Assembly: GCA_010093815.1 (NCBI GenBank)
Contig: ML996590.1
DNA: 64,000 nt
Strand: one strand, 5' to 3'
Source: Pseudovirgaria hyperparasitica
Lineage: Eukaryota
A program made the translations under genes and the position numbers. The notes below the pieces were generated by a model. That model was not told the origin of the DNA and made no database searches. It saw nothing but the letters and a program-made list of their open reading frames with translations. Positions 56,200 through 64,000 of the stretch are shown piece by piece; position 1 is the stretch's first letter, and each line of letters begins with the position of its first letter.

Positions 56200-56960
56200 A
56201 ATACTAGGTATATAATAAATTTTATAAATAGACTTTATTAATAGCTATATATCTATATATATATTAAATCTATAAATAAATATATACTAGATATATAGAA
56301 AATCTATAAATAAATATATACTAGGCGCTTAGCAAAATCTATAAATAGATAGACGCTAGGTATATCTCTATCTCTTAGTTATAAGGTTTTCTATAAATAT
56401 CTTTCTTTTATAAACTTTCTCTCTCTTTTCTTCTTTTCTTTATTAGCTTTAATAGAGTCTTATATAAGTATAGTATAAAGTAAGCGTTTATAGAAAGACT
56501 TTAAATTTATATATATCTCTCTTTATATCTTTCTTACTTTAATAGTAAGGTTTATTATTTATTATAATAATAGAGTTTATCTTTACTATAATAGTAGAGT
56601 TTATCTCTTTAGATAAATAGATATAGAGTATATAGAGAATCTATGAATAAATATATACTAGGTATATCTTTATTCTTATAAGACTTTCTATAAGTATCTT
56701 CTTCTTCTAGACTTTCTCTCTCTATTCTTTTTCTTATTAGTTTTCTATAGAATTATAGAGGTCTCTAATAGATAGACTTTAATTATATAACCGGCTTATA
56801 TATAGTAGATAGACTATAAATATACTCTTACTTATATTTTTCTTTACGTCTTTCTTAGTTTAATACTTATATTTTTCTTTATATCTTTCTTAGTTTAATA
56901 ATAAGGCTCGCTATTTCTTAGTAATAATAGAGTTTATCGCCCCTTTTTAATAATAGAGCT
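56200..56960. repeat. Degenerate tandem and dispersed repeats (AAATCTATAAATAAATATATACTAG units; longer duplicated blocks) downstream of the family F integrase
   Basis: Repeated units visible at ~56266, 56300, 56335 and 56638. Confidence 0.55.
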
Positions 56961-57099
56961 TATTATTATAAGACTACTTCTTAAAAGTATCTTTCTCTTC
57001 CCTTTTAAAAAATTTAAAAAAAAACTTCTATTCTATAGAAGAAGATATTAGTCTTAGAGAAGTATATATACTCTTCTCTATTAAAGTTTTATAGAGTAG

Positions 57100-58752
57100 A
57101 AATTACTACTTCTACTTATACTTATATACTATTATTATAGTATTCCATAGGCTATCTATAGTATTCTTTCTTATTACTACTCTTATTATTTTTATAGATA
57201 ATTCTTTTAATAGATAGCTAGAAGAACTTAGTTTACTACTAACTATTTATATTACGTATAAAGTACTTCTTTAGTCTATAGCTTAGAAATATTCCTTTAA
57301 GTCTAGTTCTATCTAGTTCTATAAGCTAGTAGATATAGTTAAATACTAACTAGATTCTATATAGCCCTCTCTAATACTACCTTAGTTTCTATTCTATATT
57401 CTTCTATTATTATAAATTATATAGAAGAATAATAGTATTAATCTATAATAGTTCTTAATAGAGATAATAATTATTATTCTATATCTGTCTTAATTCTTTA
57501 TAAGTCTATATAGTATAGATATATACTTCTTAGAGATCCTTAGATCTTCTCTTTAGTTATCTAGCTTAAAGAGTAAGTAAGTCTAATATTAATTATATCT
57601 TATTCTAAGGGAGTATTTAGAATAATTTAAATTCGACCTCTATAGATATAATTAGTTTGTAGCTAAGTATAAGATATATAGTACTATATCTAATACTAGT
57701 ACGAGTTATAATTCTATCTATCTATATAACTATATAGAGGTATTTAGACTAGTTCTTATATCTACTATTAGTTATCTTTATAAGGGTATTAGTAAGTAGT
57801 ATAGAACTTCTTTTAATAATTCTATTTATATAGAGATTATATATAGATATAACCTTCTAATAAATTCTATAGAGTTTAAGAAGTTCCTCTATAGTATCTA
57901 TATTCTCTTTTCTACTATTATAAGTAATCTTAGAAATAATTCTATATCTATAAATAATATTTTTAAAGAGAAACTTTATAATAATAGTAGACGTAGCTAC
58001 TATATCTACCTCTATCTTAGTCTATCTACTTAGCTACTCCCTTATAGATACTACCTTACTATATTCTATAGAAGGTAGTAGCGTTATTATATCTAGGTAT
58101 ATTCTTTACTAGAGAATAGATATTACTATATAGTAGAGCCTTTTATTAAGACTACTAAGAAGTTTACTCTACTACTAATATTTATTATAAGTCTTTATAT
58201 ATTATTATATATCTTTATATATCTCTATCTATTAATACTTATCTTTAATTCTTCTAAGAGTCCCTTTACTATCTCTATAATCTATCTTATTATAAGTAGT
58301 AGTAATTATATATATCCTAGTATTCGGGTTATTAACTACTTATATATATTAGTAATATCTATCTTCTCTCTACTAGAGTATTTAGTCTTATATAAGAAAT
58401 TTAAGATAGTTAGTTATAAAGGCCTTATATATATAATTAGTTAGATTAGTTAGTCTCTTAAGTATAGTAAGATACTTTATAATTCTTTACTACTTATTAC
58501 TATATTTATTAGTTAGAGATAACTTAATAGTAGTATAGTTAAGTATCTCTATTAAGTAATCCTTCTATAGATAGACTTAATTAATAATATTCCTAGTATA
58601 TCTATATATAGAGCTATATCTATAGACTTATCTAGATTAAAAGTAGAGATATCTAGTAGTTCTTCTCTCTTATATATCTACAAGATACTATTAGTAACTA
58701 TATTATACTTTCTAGATATACATCTAATTATAAAATTCTATAGTTAAATCTA
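57100..58752 (-). mobile_element. Ty3/Gypsy family F RNaseH/integrase fragment
   Basis: De-RIP reading ITCDGGKEN...ISAYNPRANGIVERG...LTDALAK...WSKHLHAVxWADR. Confidence 0.7.
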
Positions 58753-58762
58753 NNNNNNNNNN
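58753..58762. other. Assembly gap (10 N)
   Basis: N run. Confidence 1.
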
Positions 58763-59313
58763 ATATAACTAGGTAGAGTAGTTTACTCTATAGATATATA
58801 CCTTCTCTAGTCTAAGCTATTATATAAGAAGAAACCTTTATAAAAGGAAAAACTCTCTTCTTTCTATAACTATATCTTATTAAATCTCTACGTTATCTTA
58901 AGTATATAGCTATTAGAAATATCTATAGATCTATAGTCTATAGTATAGTTATTTTACCCTTAGATAGTATATATAGAGTACGTGGGTTATTAGTTAAGGG
59001 CTATTCTTAACTAATAATTAGGGTTCTTCTAGGGTTCTTCTAGTGTATACTAGGGCTTATCTAGTATATATCTAGCTTCTTCTAGTATATATATCTAGAT
59101 CTACTAGTACTAAGAGAGTAGAAGATATATTAGTATCTACTAGATAATCTCCTTAGGGTACTTATTAAGCTAGTATATAATATTAGAGGTCTTTATTATA
59201 TAGATAAGTATTTATCTTTATATATAGAGGTTTATATATATTATAAGATAGTACTATATTATATCTCTTTAGCTATATACTTTATATTATAGAGACGCGT
59301 TATAGATATCTCT
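58763..59313 (-). mobile_element. Short 3' fragment of the LINE, copy 4
   Basis: Homologous to ~3065-3615; degenerate palindrome at 58987-59017. Confidence 0.85.
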
Positions 59314-59314
59314 C

Positions 59315-62300
59315 TTATTAAGATTATTAATAAGTTAACTTAAATTAGTTATAAAGTATACTATTTTCTATCTATATATATAGTTAGTTGTATTTATATA
59401 TCCGACCGGTTCGCTACTACCTATAGTAATTATATATAATATATACTACTACTATAGCTATAATAAGGTACCTAAATTTAAGAAAATCTACTACTATTCT
59501 TAGTAGCTTTACACGCGACGCTTAGCTAGATATAGATTTATATCTTTATAGATACTACGGCGCGGTTAACCTACTACTAAGCCGATATTTATAAGTTCCT
59601 TACTAGACACGATATACTTTATAGTTTCTTTAGAATACTCTTATTACTTAGCTAGTAGCTTAGTAACCTTATTATCTTAATCCTTATTCTAGTTAACTTA
59701 TAGTATCTTACTAGTATATAGTATACTAGTTAGTTTATATAAAGCTATTACAGCCTTACCTTATATACTATTAGAGTTATTATCTAGAAAAACTAGTTTT
59801 ATAACCTTTTAGTATATCTTATAATATAATAGTCTATTTAGTAGTAGTTTAGTAAGGTAAGATTCATACTATTTATAACTATAAGTAGCTATAGTAGTAT
59901 CTTCGAGTCTAAAGCTATAATAGTAGTAGATATTCTAGTGGTATTTAACTATTTACTTTAGTATTAACTCCTTAGTATAAAACTTATACTTAGCGTTATA
60001 GATCTAATTAGAGTACTTCTATATATACTTACTAATTTCGTTATTAAATAATCTTATAGTGTATTTACCGCATTTATAAATTAACTTTATAGACTTAAGG
60101 AGGTTAACTACCTCTTCTAGGAGCCCTAGTTACTTAATTAGCGTACCTATCTAGTATAAGTAATATTCTAGTTCCCTATAGTTAGCTAGAGAACGAGCTA
60201 ACTTACTTAGACTAGATAGAAGACCTAGATAGTTAACTAAATTAGGCTACTTAGACTTTTATTAAAATAACTAAGATAATATTTTTAAGGTAGTTAAGGT
60301 TATCTTAAGAACTAGGTAGGGCTATACTATAGTAAAATTACTATTAATTTCTTTCTTATCTAATAAGATAATAAGTCGTTCCTTTATAAACTTAGATTAG
60401 ATAATATAAGGGTCCTTCTTAATAGATAGTTTTTTAAATACTAGACTTTCTATAACTACTCTATTAAGGCTCTACGTCTTTTTAGTAGTAATTACTTTCT
60501 ACTAAAAGTTCTAGAATAATATAATATATATATCTAGATTACTCTTAACTTTAAAGGAGTCTTTAGTCGTTAAAATAGTATACTTAAATATAGATTACTT
60601 ATATCTACTTTTAACTATATTAATACTTTTATTACTAATAAGTTTATAAAGAGTTTTAGCTTACTTAAGGAGTATTATATATAGATTATTTCTAGTAGCT
60701 ATTAGAATAGACGTTAAAAATTATACCTAAGTAGCTATCGTGGTTCTCTAGTTAACTATATTTATCTTAATTAACGAGGTTATATTATATAGCTATTAGT
60801 AGATATTAGTAAGATAGATATCGGCCTAGATTAACTAGTTAATAATTCTTTTAACTACGTTAAGGTTATATATATAGATTTCTAATATAGTTACTTTCTT
60901 ATTATTTAGCTAATCTTTCTATAGAATTATAATTAGATTAAATCTTTATATACTAGTTTTAAAATTAATTACACGACTTAATTTAGGTATGAAAAGTAAT
61001 AGGTTACTAATATTTAGTACTAAGCTACCCGAGTTCGTTTACTATCTACTTAACTAACTACGTGGCGAGCTAAAGTCTAAATTATTAGTAGTAGTTAGTA
61101 ATATAAGTAATATAGTATATATATAATCTAATTATCGCGATCGGGCTAAAATTAGATTATCTACTAGACTCTTTATAGTCGGTTATATAGTACTTATAAT
61201 CTTTAATAGTTACTTAGCTAAGATACCGCCGTTATTATCTTCGTATCTATATACTAGGTTAATATCTAAGGGTACCGCCTAATTATAATAGTTGGTTTTA
61301 TTTACTATAAGTAGCTTATCTTTAATTACCTAGGGCTTAGAATAAGTCTTCTCTAAAATCTACTAATAATATAGTAGTAATATTACTACTCTACTAAGTA
61401 TAAATTAATAAAATATAATTATAACTTTATTATTTAAGACGCTAGGAGCTCCGCACGGTAGATATCCTTTCTAAAACTATTCTTCTTTTAAGAAGACGGC
61501 TAGCTAGTAGATACTAACCTTACCCTTCTTTATAATCTATTATTCTATTACTATAATAATTAGTAACTTTACTTAGTCGGATAGTTAGACGTTTATAGAT
61601 AGCTAAGTTATATAGTTCTCTATAATATTAATAGAATAATCTATATAAAATAGCTATAAATTATATTTTAAAAGGTACTATTATTTAGTTATAGAGAAAT
61701 TATCTACTACTAGTCTATTACTAGAGATCTATACGGGTAGAGCTAACGATAAAGGGTATTCTATTACTATATATTCTAGAAGAATTAGTAGAAAAGCTTT
61801 TAATAAGCTAGGAAAATTCTTAGAATCTATCTAGTCTACTATTACGTCGTATAGATCTATATAGAATAGTTAGTTAGCTAGTTTAATATTTACTCGCGTC
61901 TAAATCTTTTCTATAGACTAATAGTAGTGCTTTTTATCTACCTTTAGATATAGATATAGAAGGATACTAGTTAGTTTAGATTAAGTATAACTATTATAAG
62001 TCTACTAAATTAATATACTAGGGCTTATAAGGATAAAGCTAGTTATATATAGTAATTAGTTAATATTATAGAATAGTTATAGATTAGTAACTATAAATAG
62101 TAGACTATATAGTTAGCTTAACTATAGTACTTATTTTTAGTTAATAGATCTAGATCTAGTACTAACCTTTAAGTAAATAATATAGAAAAGTACTTAATAG
62201 TTATATATCTATAAAATACTTAGTAAATATATATATTATAACGTAGCTCGTTATAATAGATATTAATAGCTCTCTATCTATAATAGCTAGAGGCGGATAG

Positions 62301-64000
62301 ATATTATAACTTTAAGTAGTTATTAATCTAGTTAGACTTCTAGTAGACTATTTCTATAAGCTTATTTAAGGTTATATTCTTTAACTAAGTCTAATAGAAG
62401 TATACTTCGCCGTATCTACTAACCGAATTCTAGACCGTTGCTATATACTGTTACCTAGTATTTAATAGTTAGTTTATAATTATATCTAATTTAAATATAG
62501 CGCTAATTATAGATAGTTATCGCTATCTACTTATTTATAATAGTAAGTAGGTATATATCTTCTCTATAGTCGAAGTAGTTAAGTTCCTTTAGAAATGGTT
62601 CTAACTACTTAATAGATATTACTAGGTGTATTTTCTATATCCCTGGTAGCTCTAGTTCGTATATCTAATAGTCTACAACGCGTTTTATTAGTACTAGCCC
62701 GACTTACTATTAGCTAAGCTTATAATAGATGCCTAGAATCTTATACCCTTTATATAGTTAAATATAGACCTAGTTACTAGGAGCGAGATCTAGTAGAGAT
62801 ATATAGCGTATATCGAAACGCTCCTTTATACGCGTCTAGGTAAATACTAGTACGTCTAACGCCTCTTTCTAGTTTATATTATACTTTTAGATGTAATTAT
62901 TTACTTCTATTAAACTAGTCTCCTTAAATAGAGCGCCTTTAGATAGTTAGAAGCTATATAATATCTTATTTAGAGATTTTTATATTAAGGAGTTTATTAA
63001 ATTATTTATAAGTTACTAGACTAATAGAACATAGATTATCTAGTCTATGGCCGGTAATATTAAAATAAGAAAACATAGGGTAATCTCTACCGTTTAGTTT
63101 GTACGTTCGCTTTAACTATTACTCTACTTATAATAGATAGTTAATACTAGGATTTTAGTATTAATGCCCTCTAAAATTCCTTTCTAAAATAATAATAGGA
63201 ATTTTTAGTCCCTATTATAAATAATTATAGCTAGAACTCTCTATTCTAGTAGTATACTCCTTCTAAATATAGTTATCTATTATATAGTAGTCTAGTCGTT
63301 TTAGCCTAGAATAAGATAGATTCGCTTAGTAAACTTATCTATTACTATAAGTAGTATATTAAGTCTATTCTATATTAGTAGTCTAATAATAAAATCTATT
63401 ATAACTATATAAAATAGTATTAGTAGTAACTAGACTAGCTTTAATTCGCTATATAGTATATATCTTTATATCTAGTAAGTTTTATAGATAGAATAGTACT
63501 AAATATAGTACTTTAGACGCTTTATAAGCTAATAAATAAAGTAGCCTAAGCGAATTTAATCGTATACTTAGAAAAAACCTATATAAGTACTTTTATTATA
63601 GAATTAAGCGAAAATGTCTCTATTAAGTAATTTTAGTATATAGATCTAATATTATCTATTAAGCTAATTAATATAATAAATTATACTATTAGTAAATTAA
63701 AAAGAAATCGATCGGATAATATTATTATCCTAGTCTACTACTATAGCTTTTATACTTATCTAGTACTTATTATTATTATATATATTAGCTAGCTACCTTA
63801 TAAACTTTAGATTAATTTTAACTATTATAATATTAAATATTAAGAGCTCCTTAAGAATGTCTAAGTCTCTTAGCTAGACTCTATTATAGATCTAATAGAG
63901 CTAAGAAAGAGCGTTAGGTACTACGTGCTCTTTATCTAGTCTATATTTAAGCTCTAGGTTAAACTATAATAGATACTATAAGGCCCGTACTAGTTAGAGA
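59315..64000 (-). mobile_element. Ty3/Gypsy family E: integrase plus chromodomain-like region plus long in-frame C-terminal extension
   Basis: De-RIP reading VAMDFIIGLP, DRDRKF, KLHKGYKIPG..KLSQQ.VGP, KIHPVISIKQLEP (~62590-62640). The same frame continues to ~59315. Confidence 0.8.

Noticed and set aside
3287..59017. Recurrent 31-bp palindrome as a CRISPR-like repeat
   Set aside because: Dispersed at fixed positions in retroelements with no regular spacers; eukaryotic context.
1..64000. Alternative genetic code (TAA/TAG read-through) explaining the stop-rich frames
   Set aside because: Paired copies differ at these sites by C/T and G/A transitions, as expected from RIP.

Overview
The whole window is an AT-rich, transposon-only block from a filamentous ascomycete, heavily mutated by repeat-induced point mutation (RIP: CpA->TpA/TpG->TpA; CA/TG scarce, TA/TAG abundant, copies differ almost only by transitions). 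No intact host gene is visible. It is a nest of Ty3/Gypsy LTR retrotransposons (family A x2, family B x2, fragments C, D, E, F), four copies of a Tad1-like LINE and two copies of a tRNA-headed SINE sharing the LINE 3' end. Many junctions have clear target-site duplications. Reversing RIP by eye shows accessory coding capacity: (1) families A and B each carry an antisense three-intron gene with a Zn-cluster-like Cys motif and a C-terminal coiled coil; (2) element E has a ~1,000-codon in-frame extension after its chromodomain with zinc fingers and C3HC4 RING spacing; (3) a degraded HxD...H 2OG-Fe(II) dioxygenase-like gene ends at the same 31-bp palindrome that brackets the LINE ORFs, suggesting LINE-mobilised cargo. 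All protein readings are manual de-RIP inferences, not database hits, and boundaries without TSDs are approximate.
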